In this document: piece after piece, positions 28,966 through 37,576 of the stretch
How the letters are laid out: every line of letters begins with the position of its first letter
Numbering within the stretch: position 1 is the stretch's first letter
Source: Limisphaerales bacterium
GTDB taxonomy: Bacteria; Verrucomicrobiota; Verrucomicrobiia; Limisphaerales; AAA164-E04
Assembly (NCBI GenBank): GCA_965203425.1
Contig: OZ241891.1
Location: 172,247-236,246 of the forward strand
Direction of reading: 5' to 3'
DNA length: 64,000 nt
Made by a program: the position numbers and the translations under genes
Notes under the pieces: generated by a model
Databases searched by the model: none
Told to the model about the DNA's origin: nothing
The model's input: only the letters and a program-made list of their open reading frames with translations

Positions 28966-31900
28966 TTAAAAGGTGTAGGCCGCTTTCAAGTAGTAGAAAC
29001 CGCCGTTAAACCCATACGGCGAAGATTCGGGATAGGAGGTGCCAACACCAGCACTCGCGCCGGGATGACTTCTCTCTGGATAGGTGTCGAAAATGTTTTG
29101 CGCGCCCAAAGCAAGACTAACACCGTTATCGAAGTTGTACTCCACTTCCGTATCCACTAACAATCGGCTGCCTGCATCAAGTCTCCAACCCGGATAGTTG
29201 GCGGCGGTATGTTCCACAAAGCTGCTGTAGTAGCGCAGGCGAGGCAGAAGAATGCGCCAAGGCCCCATCATGTGGGTCGCGCTCAATGTCAACCGCGTGT
29301 CCGGCAAGGCGTTTTCCAACAAATCCACTCGGTCGTCTCCGATGATTGCCTCATCTCGTTCGTCCACACTGGTATCGCTGATGTTGCCGGCAAAGGTTAG
29401 AACAGTGGAGCCGCCCGAATGTTCAATGGGATAGGTAGCCACAATGTCAATGCCCTGCGTTGTGGTGTCAAAGGCATTGGCAAACCAACCCACGGCGGTG
29501 TAGTTGTCCGGGTTGGGAACTTCTAACGGCCAAACTACCGGGCTGGTCAAACCAATTCGATCCTCCACTTTGATGTGGTAGTAATCCAAAGTGAGGTCCA
29601 GTTTGCCAATGTTGATCGCTGTGCCGATGCTGAAGTTGACGGAGGTTTCTTCTTCTAGTGGTTTGGCACCTAAAGCGGCGGGAACTTCACTTGCCGGCAA
29701 AGTGGCCTTGTCTCGCAAGCCGTAACCACCGCCGGGCAGAGAGCCAAACTCGGTGGTCACATTGCGAACGCTTGTCTGCCCGATGGTTGGCACTCGAAAA
29801 CCGGTGCTGACGGATCCGCGCAAGGCGAGGTTGTCTCCCATTTGAACACGGGAAGCCAGTTTGAAGTTTAGAGTGTCGCCGAAGTTGTCGTAGTTCTCAT
29901 AGCGGAGCGCAAAACCGGCCAGCCAGTCTTCCACTACGTCGGCTTCCAAATCTAGATAAGCCGCATAGCTGCCGCGGTCGGTTACTCCCGCAATCCGGGG
30001 CGGAAAAGCGGGAAAGCCATTGGAACCGACGCCAAAACCTTGGGCTGCTATTCCGCCTTGTCTGCGGTCTGCCCAGTGAGCATATTCTTCTCCGGCTTCA
30101 ATCTCAAACTCCTCCACGCGATATTCCAAACCGGCGGCAAAGTTCAAAGGAGAATGAAACATGCTCGTTTCGAAAGGACGGGAGACGTCCACGTTGAGAA
30201 CGTAGTCGGTTTCGATGTAGCTGCCGGGTCTCAGGTTGGTGGGAATGCTGGCGGGATTCGCTCTGAAATCCTCGTGAGCGATAAGCTGCGGGTTGATGGT
30301 GTTTCTCATGTAGAACTCGGTTTTGTGTTGCCCGATGAAGGCGCTGGCGTCGTAGTTCCATTCGCTTTCCAACTCGCCGCGCAGGCCGCCGCCGATGCTC
30401 ATGTCCGTTACCACGCCGCCGAACTGCGGAGTGAATCCACCCGGAAACTTCTCGTTGAAAGCGAAGAGAGCGGGATCGGTAACCACGGCACCAAGTGCGT
30501 CTTGATTGGGTGATCCGTCTGGATTGATTCTTACAACTTCATCTGGGATTTCACCAGCTTCGGTGTTATATGCACCCGATTCATAAGCCTCGACCAATGC
30601 GGGGTCCAAAACAGCCACTTTGACGGTGGGATATGTCCCTTCAGATTCAATCTCTCCCGAAATTCTTTGATCGATTCTTTGACTAACTAATCCTTCAGTA
30701 ATCAATCCATCAATTTCTTCATCAATCGCTTTATTGTGATCTATCTGCTCCATAGTGAGATCGTCAGAAACGATGTAGCCCTTTTCTGCTCGGAATTCTG
30801 ATCGTAGTTCTTCTCGTATTTCATCCGGAGGAATTTCGCTCCGACGTTTATTTGAGTAGAATGTTCCGCGATGTGAATTTGCTCCATAGTGTGCTTCAGT
30901 TTGATGGGTAAGAGCAAAACGATTGGGTCCCCTCCATATTCCGCCTCTGTTGGTGGGGTTGCGGAAGAAGAAGCCGCCTTCGACTTTGCGCTTGGCAAAG
31001 CTAGGGATGATGTAAAGTTGGGCGCGGTCGCCGAGGTCGATGCCGATGTTGCCAAAGAACTTGTAATCGTATTCCACATCAGGCGATCCCCAGATTTGAG
31101 CGTAGGGTTCGCGGACTGGAAGGCCGGCGTCAATGAGGGCTTGGGCGTCGGCGCGTTGGACGCTGCGGATGGTGGATTGGCTTTCGGTGTATTCGATGCT
31201 GAAGTTGGCGAAGCCGTTTTGCTCGCCTTGGCGCATCAAAGGCATGCCGGCGTTGGCGGCGATTGTCCACGAGGCGCCGTCGTCTTCGTAGTATTGTCCC
31301 CAGCGGGTTTCCACTCTGCCTCCTTGGGCGTCGTCTTTGAGAACGAAGTTCAAAACGCCGGCAATGGCGTCCGAGCCGTATTGAGCGGAGGCGCCGTCGC
31401 GCAAGACTTCCACTCGCTCCAAAGCAATGTAGGGAATGGAGGCGAGGTCGGGGCCTTGCGAGCCGTCGGAAACGCCGCCGCCAAGGAAGGTGATGACCGA
31501 AGCGCGGTGGCGTCGTTTGCCGTTGATTAGCACCAGCGTGGAGTCCGGCGGCAATCCGCGCAGGTTGGCCGGGCGGACGAAGGTCGCAGCGTCGCTAATC
31601 GGCTGGGTGTTGACGTTGTAGGAAGGAATGACGGTGGAGAGCATGGAGTCCATGTCCGTGTAGCCTTGCGTGGCAAAGTCTTCGCCGTCGATGACGTCGA
31701 CCGGCACTGGGGAATCGGCCACAGAGCGGTCTTGTCGGCGAGAGCCGACAAACACGAATTCTTCGAGTTCGACGGCCATTTCTTCGTCTTGCCCTTCTTG
31801 GGGCATAGGTTCGGCCATTGTTTCCGGCGGCGGTGATTCACCACCGGGCGAGGCGGTTTCGGGGGTTTCTTCCTGCGCCCAAGCGTTGCTTGCGGGGAGC

Positions 31901-31989
31901 GCCAGCGCGGCCAATAAGGCGAATGGATACAGTTTCTTGATAAACGGTGTCGTTTTCATAGGTTTCTTTTGCGTCATATTAATGTGCAA
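28966..31989 (-). CDS. TonB-dependent outer-membrane receptor
   Basis: Signal peptide ending NAWAQ, plug region (FVFVGSRRQDRSVADSPVPVDVIDGEDF...NLRGL), a long beta-barrel and the terminal AAYTF aromatic. Confidence 0.9.
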   Translation of the reverse strand: MHINMTQKKPMKTTPFIKKLYPFALLAALALPASNAWAQEETPETASPGGESPPPETMAEPMPQEGQDEEMAVELEEFVFVGSRRQDRSVADSPVPVDVIDGEDFATQGYTDMDSMLSTVIPSYNVNTQPISDAATFVRPANLRGLPPDSTLVLINGKRRHRASVITFLGGGVSDGSQGPDLASIPYIALERVEVLRDGASAQYGSDAIAGVLNFVLKDDAQGGRVETRWGQYYEDDGASWTIAANAGMPLMRQGEQNGFANFSIEYTESQSTIRSVQRADAQALIDAGLPVREPYAQIWGSPDVEYDYKFFGNIGIDLGDRAQLYIIPSFAKRKVEGGFFFRNPTNRGGIWRGPNRFALTHQTEAHYGANSHRGTFYSNKRRSEIPPDEIREELRSEFRAEKGYIVSDDLTMEQIDHNKAIDEEIDGLITEGLVSQRIDQRISGEIESEGTYPTVKVAVLDPALVEAYESGAYNTEAGEIPDEVVRINPDGSPNQDALGAVVTDPALFAFNEKFPGGFTPQFGGVVTDMSIGGGLRGELESEWNYDASAFIGQHKTEFYMRNTINPQLIAHEDFRANPASIPTNLRPGSYIETDYVLNVDVSRPFETSMFHSPLNFAAGLEYRVEEFEIEAGEEYAHWADRRQGGIAAQGFGVGSNGFPAFPPRIAGVTDRGSYAAYLDLEADVVEDWLAGFALRYENYDNFGDTLNFKLASRVQMGDNLALRGSVSTGFRVPTIGQTSVRNVTTEFGSLPGGGYGLRDKATLPASEVPAALGAKPLEEETSVNFSIGTAINIGKLDLTLDYYHIKVEDRIGLTSPVVWPLEVPNPDNYTAVGWFANAFDTTTQGIDIVATYPIEHSGGSTVLTFAGNISDTSVDERDEAIIGDDRVDLLENALPDTRLTLSATHMMGPWRILLPRLRYYSSFVEHTAANYPGWRLDAGSRLLVDTEVEYNFDNGVSLALGAQNIFDTYPERSHPGASAGVGTSYPESSPYGFNGGFYYLKAAYTF

Positions 31990-32066
31990 TGCGTTTTGAA
32001 ATAACGGTTTCAGATTCGTTTCGCAAGCTTTTTTTAATTTTTTTTCGCTGATGTTGAATTTTTTTC

Positions 32067-33452
32067 TTAATTTTGAGCGTCGAGTCGTTTTTGCAGGGCA
32101 TCCAAATAGTTGCGGATGTTGGGGTTGGATTGGATTTGCTCGGCTTCGCGCAGGTATTGGACAGCTTGGGGAAGGTCTCCTTTGGCAACGGAAGTTTGGC
32201 CGAGGGCGACAAGGGCTTGGTGGCGAAAGCCGGGCGCAGACAAAGCGCGTTCAAAGGCAAAGGCGGCTTGTTCGTAGTCGGCGTTGGCGTGGTTGTATTC
32301 GCCAAGGAGAAGCCAAGCATCGCCGTTGAGGGGGTCTTTCTTGACGGCGTCTTGGAGTTGGTCAACGGCTTTTTGCGGATCGCCGAGTTCCATATCGATT
32401 TTGGCTTGGGCAAGTTGGATGCGGTTTTGGCTTTCGTCGGTTGGCGGCGGGTTTTGGCCTTGCTGGAGCCTGTTGAGATAATCGCGGGCTTCTGGGTAAA
32501 GACGGCGGTCGAGCAGTTGGTCGAGAGGTTTGATCAGAGATTTCCAGTTTGAGGAGCGTTTTTCGCCGTTGAGCGCGCGCAAGTAGGCGTTTAGGGCTTG
32601 GCGCGGGACGTCTTCGCTGAGGTAAAGGTCTCCCAGCAAGGCAAGCGCGCTCCAGTCGGTTTGGTTTTGCTGGAGGTCTGCGGCGATTTCGAGGTTGGCG
32701 ATGGCTTTGGCGCGTTGGCCGTCGGCCAGAAAGCCGTTGGCCTGCATCAGCCAGAAGTCGGCGGTTTCGGGCTGTTCGGCGATGAGTTCGTCAAAGAGGG
32801 CCAGGGCGGCTTGGGTTTGGTGAGTGAAGAGGAGGCAGTGAGCTTGGCCGCGGCGGAAGTCGACGCTGTCGGGTTTGAACATTCTGGCCATTCGGTAGGC
32901 GGCGAGGCCGGATTCGTATTTCTCGCCGATGAGATAGGCGTAGCCAAGGAGTCCGTAGCTTTGGGCATCGCCGCCGCCAAGCCGAATGACGGTCAAGAGC
33001 GGTTGGATGGCTTGGGCAAATTGGCTTCGCTGGATGTGGATTAAGGCAAGCGTGCGGTGGGCGCGTCGAAAGGAGGGAAGTTTTTTGACGGCTTGGCGCA
33101 AGTGTTTTTCGGCATTGTCGTAGTCGTTGACTTGGTAATAGAGATTGCCAAGGAGAAAAGAGAAGGCCGGGTTGCTGTCGGGCTTGAGTTTGGCCAGGAC
33201 GATTTGGATGGCTTGGCGCGGTTGGGAGCGGAGAAAGGGAAGCGCTTGTTCGTAAAGGGGACGATCTTGGGCGGTGAGTTTGGGTTCGATGGCTTCGTTG
33301 ACACCGTAGGAAGCGAGGAAGCGGTTGCGGAATTCCGGGCTGTCGGGGTCAGAATCGGCTAATGGAAAGGGCGCAGCGCATAAGGCGGCGGTTGTCGCCG
33401 CAAGGAAAAAGCTGCAAAGGAAGGTTTTCTTCATGGCGTTGGCAGATTGCAT
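32067..33452 (-). CDS. Periplasmic TPR-repeat protein (TtpD-like component of TonB2-type clusters)
   Basis: Signal peptide, then multiple TPR units (e.g. AWLLLGEYNHANADYEQAAFAFERAL). Position is immediately after tonB. Confidence 0.75.
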   Translation of the reverse strand: MQSANAMKKTFLCSFFLAATTAALCAAPFPLADSDPDSPEFRNRFLASYGVNEAIEPKLTAQDRPLYEQALPFLRSQPRQAIQIVLAKLKPDSNPAFSFLLGNLYYQVNDYDNAEKHLRQAVKKLPSFRRAHRTLALIHIQRSQFAQAIQPLLTVIRLGGGDAQSYGLLGYAYLIGEKYESGLAAYRMARMFKPDSVDFRRGQAHCLLFTHQTQAALALFDELIAEQPETADFWLMQANGFLADGQRAKAIANLEIAADLQQNQTDWSALALLGDLYLSEDVPRQALNAYLRALNGEKRSSNWKSLIKPLDQLLDRRLYPEARDYLNRLQQGQNPPPTDESQNRIQLAQAKIDMELGDPQKAVDQLQDAVKKDPLNGDAWLLLGEYNHANADYEQAAFAFERALSAPGFRHQALVALGQTSVAKGDLPQAVQYLREAEQIQSNPNIRNYLDALQKRLDAQN

Positions 33453-34132
33453 TAGTGCGGAGCTTGCAGGGTAAGAGGAAACTTGGCGCGCACTTTGACG
33501 GGTTGACCGTCGACTTTGGTGATGGTAAAGCGCAAAAGATTTCCAAGACGACGGGCTTCCTGATCCAGCTTGGAATGGGAATGGGAAGAAGCGAGGATTT
33601 TTTGGAAGCGGGCTTTGCCTTTTTGGTCGATGAGGATTTCTAGGGTGAGTTTGACTTCTTTGACACCGCGTCGTTCTAGTTCGCGCGGGAAATCGGGTTT
33701 GATCATGCGGCCGTTGATGAGGTCGGGAGGCCGTTCTAGTTCGGCAAAGTCAAAAATTTTCTCAATGTCGCCGATGGCGTCCACATTGACTTCAAAGGCT
33801 CCGGCCTGAACGCCCATAGAAAGGGCTTCGCCGACGCCGGGATTGAGGGAAAGTTCTAGTTGGCTGAGTTCCAGTTCGGGTGGTTCAGGTTCCAGTTCGG
33901 GAATTTTGTCCGGCGTTTTTTCGATCTGGCGTTTTTCTTCGATGACTGGGGGCTTGGGCGGAGTCAAGACAACGGGCTCTACTTCACGGAGGATTACGGT
34001 TTGAATGTCGCTGTCTTGGAGCGCTTGGCTGATGGGGATGATGAGAAAGAGGAGCGCGGCCAAGAAGACGGCGCCGGCCAAGGCCAAAAGGCCAGTCAGA
34101 TTGCGATTGGGTTGAGGCAGTTGGACGGGCAT
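33452..34132 (-). CDS. tonB: TonB-family energy transducer
   Basis: N-terminal anchor LLALAGAVFLAALLFLII, a Pro/Glu-rich spacer (PPKPPVIEE...PELEPEPPELE) and a C-terminal TonB-like domain. Confidence 0.8.
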   Translation of the reverse strand: MPVQLPQPNRNLTGLLALAGAVFLAALLFLIIPISQALQDSDIQTVILREVEPVVLTPPKPPVIEEKRQIEKTPDKIPELEPEPPELELSQLELSLNPGVGEALSMGVQAGAFEVNVDAIGDIEKIFDFAELERPPDLINGRMIKPDFPRELERRGVKEVKLTLEILIDQKGKARFQKILASSHSHSKLDQEARRLGNLLRFTITKVDGQPVKVRAKFPLTLQAPH

Positions 34133-34539
34133 TATTGTCGAGTGGCCATGTTGATGCGCAAAGCGCCGGCTAAGGCGGCCTGATCATGCACTTTTGAGTA
34201 GATATCGAGGGTGGCCGCTTTGTCTCCCTGGACGATCACAGGCTGGTCTTTTTTCTGTTTTAGTAACCGTTTGACAACGCCGCGAACCCCGCGCACGCCG
34301 ATTTCGTTGCCTCCGTGGATGACGGTGCCGTCTGCGGTGATGGCAATCAGGATGGATTGTTTTTCGAGTTGGGAGGCGGAGGCGGCTTGCGGTCTGCGGA
34401 CTTCGACGCCGGTTTCTTCGACAAAGACGGTGGTGACAATGAAAAAGATCAGGAGAATGAAAACGATATCGATCAACGGGGAGACGTTGATTTCATCTGA
34501 ATGCGCAGGGGCGTTGAAGAGTTGACGGCGGTGTTTCAC
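34132..34539 (-). CDS. exbD: ExbD/TolR biopolymer transport protein
   Basis: INVSPLIDIVFILLIFFIV anchor and an ExbD fold pattern. GTG 34539 (VKHRRQLF) forms a GTGA overlap with the exbB stop. The annotated ATG 34632 would overlap exbB by 97 nt. Confidence 0.8.
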   Translation of the reverse strand: MKHRRQLFNAPAHSDEINVSPLIDIVFILLIFFIVTTVFVEETGVEVRRPQAASASQLEKQSILIAITADGTVIHGGNEIGVRGVRGVVKRLLKQKKDQPVIVQGDKAATLDIYSKVHDQAALAGALRINMATRQ

Positions 34540-35228
34540 GAGGGGTTGCTTTGTGTTGACGGCGGATTTTCCTTTGGCGGAAGCGGCGTTGGCGTTTGGT
34601 CTGCGTTTTCCGGTTCTTCGGGGAAGAGCCATTCGACGTGGAGCATCCAGTAGGTGTTGTAGCGTTCTAGGCGGAGAATGGCCCGCTGTAAAAGATTGCG
34701 CCGTTGGACAATCAAAGAAAGGAGAACTAAGCCGGGAATGGAAATGATCAAGCCTGTTTGCGTGGTGATTAAAGCTTCGGAAATGCCGGTCACGACGCTG
34801 TCCAGACGGGAGTTGTGGCTAGCGGCCATGCCGCTGAAGGTGGAAAGCATTCCGGTGACAGTTCCCAGCAGGCCGATCAAGGGGCCGACGGCGATGAGAA
34901 CCGCCAAGAATTTGATGCGGCGATTGACTGGCGAAAGATATTCGTTGTGGATTTCTTCAAAATGCCGCTTCACTTCGCGGGCGGTAGATGCGCCAATGTC
35001 CAGCAAGTCCCATAACACTCGCCAGCGGCCGCTAATTCGCTCGGCGATCTCTTTGTCCGACCAATCATAAACGCGGGCGCGGATGAGAAAGTGGAACTGA
35101 AGGTTCAAAAACAACTTCAGCGCGGTGTAGTAGAGTGCCACCGCCAGCAGAAAAAGCGGGATCATCAGCCAACCGCCGCTGACCCAAATCAAAGTCATGT
35201 CTTGGAAAAAGCCTTCTGAATCACTCAC
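34536..35228 (-). CDS. exbB: MotA/TolQ/ExbB proton-channel protein
   Basis: 230 aa with three TM segments and the conserved GLLGTVTGM...ALITTQTGLIISIP motif. Confidence 0.85.
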   Translation of the reverse strand: MSDSEGFFQDMTLIWVSGGWLMIPLFLLAVALYYTALKLFLNLQFHFLIRARVYDWSDKEIAERISGRWRVLWDLLDIGASTAREVKRHFEEIHNEYLSPVNRRIKFLAVLIAVGPLIGLLGTVTGMLSTFSGMAASHNSRLDSVVTGISEALITTQTGLIISIPGLVLLSLIVQRRNLLQRAILRLERYNTYWMLHVEWLFPEEPENADQTPTPLPPKENPPSTQSNPS

Positions 35229-36678
35229 GGACGCCTCCTTCGTTGGGAGATTTGGCCGCTTCGGACTGCCCGCGGGACAAGCCGTTGACGAATTCTAAGG
35301 CAAAGCGCTCCAACCGAGCCAGAACGCTGGCCGCTTTGCGGGAAAGAAGCGCATGCACAATTAGAGCCGGAATGGCCAGCACGAGGCCGAGTTCGGTTGT
35401 AATCAAAGCTTCGGAGATGCCGGAAATCAAAGGCTTGGGGTCTCCCGCGCCAAAGGCCTGCATTAACTTGAAGGTTTTGATGATGCCGGTCACAGTGCCG
35501 AGCAATCCAAGAAGGGGCGCAGTAGCGGCGGTCACGGCAATCAAGTTGAGAAAACGCTCCAGCCGAGGTTGCACGTCCAACATGGATTCATACATGACTT
35601 CCTCTACCAATTCGACCGGTTCGTTAGAATGCTCGACGCCGGCAGAGAGCAAAGAAGAGGCGGGCTGTGGTTGCTTTTGGGCTAATTCCAGAGCTTCGGT
35701 TTTCTTGCCGTCCCGCAACAGCTTGACGATTTTGCCCACTACCCAGTGTTGCGGTTGTCGGATGCTGAAGATTTGGATGCCTTTGTAAGCGCCAACCAAA
35801 GAAGAAATCAATGCAAAAAACACAATCGGCCAGACCCAAATGCCGCCCTTTTTTAGGTGTTCTCTCAAGGATTCTTTGGTTTCTCGAATTTCAATGGCGT
35901 CGCCAACGGTAGGATCCGTCGGCAAATCCCCTTTGCCATTCTGGACGATTTCAGTGATCTTTTGCCCCTGGCTTTTTTCCAAAGGGCGGATTTGCGGTTG
36001 CAAAGATCGGCTTTCATCGACCCATCCGACCGTTTCGCCTGATTCATCGGAGAAATACAAGAGCGGACCCACTTGAACAAACTGCCCATTCATCAACTGG
36101 CCTTCTCGGCTCAGAACTTGGCCGGAATACCGCTTCCCGCCGATCAAGGATTCCAACCGTTCGGCCGCCGTGCGAAGCAGGGATAAAGTTCGATCCATTT
36201 TTTCCTGATCCGTGGCTTCTTCGTTTTCCAAAAAAAGATTGAGGTCTTGAATGGACTCTCTTCGAAGCGATAACTCACCAATGGAAAGGGAAGTTTCGTA
36301 GCCGGCAATGAACTCACCCGAAAGCACTCGCGCAATATAGTCGTATTCCTTCTGCCTCTCTTCCACTTGGGACTCCATCGCCTCCAAGCTGATGCTTCGG
36401 CTATCGCGGACGGCTTGAAGTTCTCGCGCCGTTGTGCGAAGGGTTTTGACTTCTTGCTGAAGGTTGTTCCATTCCTCGGCCAGCGGCACTTGGGACTCTT
36501 GAACGGCTTCCCGCTGTTCGCTCAAACGGCGGATTGCGTCCTGCAGCTTGGCCTGTTGCCGATCAGCCAGCGCGTCCAAAGACTGCGCAGACGCACCCAA
36601 CGAAGGCGCGGCGATTAAGCAGATTGCCGCCGTTCGAAAAATCCAGATCCTCGCAAAATGACAAAAACTTCGCCTCAT
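35221..36678 (-). CDS. Large MotA/TolQ/ExbB-family protein with N-terminal periplasmic coiled-coil domain (TtpC-like)
   Basis: 485 aa. The C-terminal third carries LLGLLGTVTGIIKTF...ALITTELGLVLAIPAL. Confidence 0.8.
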   Translation of the reverse strand: MRRSFCHFARIWIFRTAAICLIAAPSLGASAQSLDALADRQQAKLQDAIRRLSEQREAVQESQVPLAEEWNNLQQEVKTLRTTARELQAVRDSRSISLEAMESQVEERQKEYDYIARVLSGEFIAGYETSLSIGELSLRRESIQDLNLFLENEEATDQEKMDRTLSLLRTAAERLESLIGGKRYSGQVLSREGQLMNGQFVQVGPLLYFSDESGETVGWVDESRSLQPQIRPLEKSQGQKITEIVQNGKGDLPTDPTVGDAIEIRETKESLREHLKKGGIWVWPIVFFALISSLVGAYKGIQIFSIRQPQHWVVGKIVKLLRDGKKTEALELAQKQPQPASSLLSAGVEHSNEPVELVEEVMYESMLDVQPRLERFLNLIAVTAATAPLLGLLGTVTGIIKTFKLMQAFGAGDPKPLISGISEALITTELGLVLAIPALIVHALLSRKAASVLARLERFALEFVNGLSRGQSEAAKSPNEGGVRE

Positions 36679-37523
36679 TCCACTTGCTTCAAACCCTGCA
36701 CCGGCAACAGCACAAACCGCGCCTCCGTCTTCTGCTCAATCATAGCAATGGCTTCTTTCACCGCTTCGGCAATCTCCGGCCGGGAAACCCAACTCCATCC
36801 TTTATCAGAAGGCACGCCAAAACCCGCATCCTCATCAGATTCGGAAAAGAAATAGGCCGATCCTAAACCCAAGTAAAGAGTCTGAACCGCTCCCACAGAA
36901 CCATCGGCCAAAGTCCGCACTTCCTCAAAAACCTGCGCGACGCCGTCAAATTTCTGAATGGCGTCCAGAATGCTGACCACGCCTTGCATTCGCGCTGCCA
37001 ATCCCTGCCGAGAGGAAGCCGCATCCTCCGGAAGGTTTTTGAAGTGACCGGCCAAAGAGTCTTGCAACGGCTGCGGCAATCGCGCTTTGAGATTGCGGAG
37101 ACGCTGCTCCATTGCGGCAAGGAATCGAAGCACGGCTTCGGCGCTGGCATCCAACTCCTGCCGCTGGGATACAAGCTCTGCCCGTTTTTGATCAGCGGCG
37201 CTGGCGGTCTGCTTGGCTTCGGCGATTTGCGCATTCAAATTCTCGCGCTCAGAGCGAGCGGAGCTAATCATATCCCGCAAAAGCCGCTCCTTTTCTTTCC
37301 ACGCAGAGGCCTCTTCGGATATCGTCTTCTCAATCGAAACCCACTGCTCAACCACGGCTCGCACACCGCCCGCGCCGCCATCCGCCGCCCTACCCGTTGG
37401 AATCGCCGCAAGCAATCCCAACAAAACAGCCGTCCGCAGATTCCTAAATGGAATCCAATACCAAATGCACTGCATCATCGCCTCCAAAAACAACCAACCG
37501 CAATTTCTTTTCCTCGCCGACAA
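36675..37523 (-). CDS. DUF3450-like coiled-coil periplasmic protein (first gene of TonB2-type cluster)
   Basis: Signal-like segment LLGLLAAIPTGRAADG followed by a long coiled coil. It has a 4-nt overlap with the next gene. The true start may be the internal MMQC. Confidence 0.6.
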   Translation of the reverse strand: MSARKRNCGWLFLEAMMQCIWYWIPFRNLRTAVLLGLLAAIPTGRAADGGAGGVRAVVEQWVSIEKTISEEASAWKEKERLLRDMISSARSERENLNAQIAEAKQTASAADQKRAELVSQRQELDASAEAVLRFLAAMEQRLRNLKARLPQPLQDSLAGHFKNLPEDAASSRQGLAARMQGVVSILDAIQKFDGVAQVFEEVRTLADGSVGAVQTLYLGLGSAYFFSESDEDAGFGVPSDKGWSWVSRPEIAEAVKEAIAMIEQKTEARFVLLPVQGLKQVE

Positions 37524-37576
37524 AGTGCACGACTCTATCCCATTCCAATTGCAGAGCCAAACTTTTTCTCCCCTTT

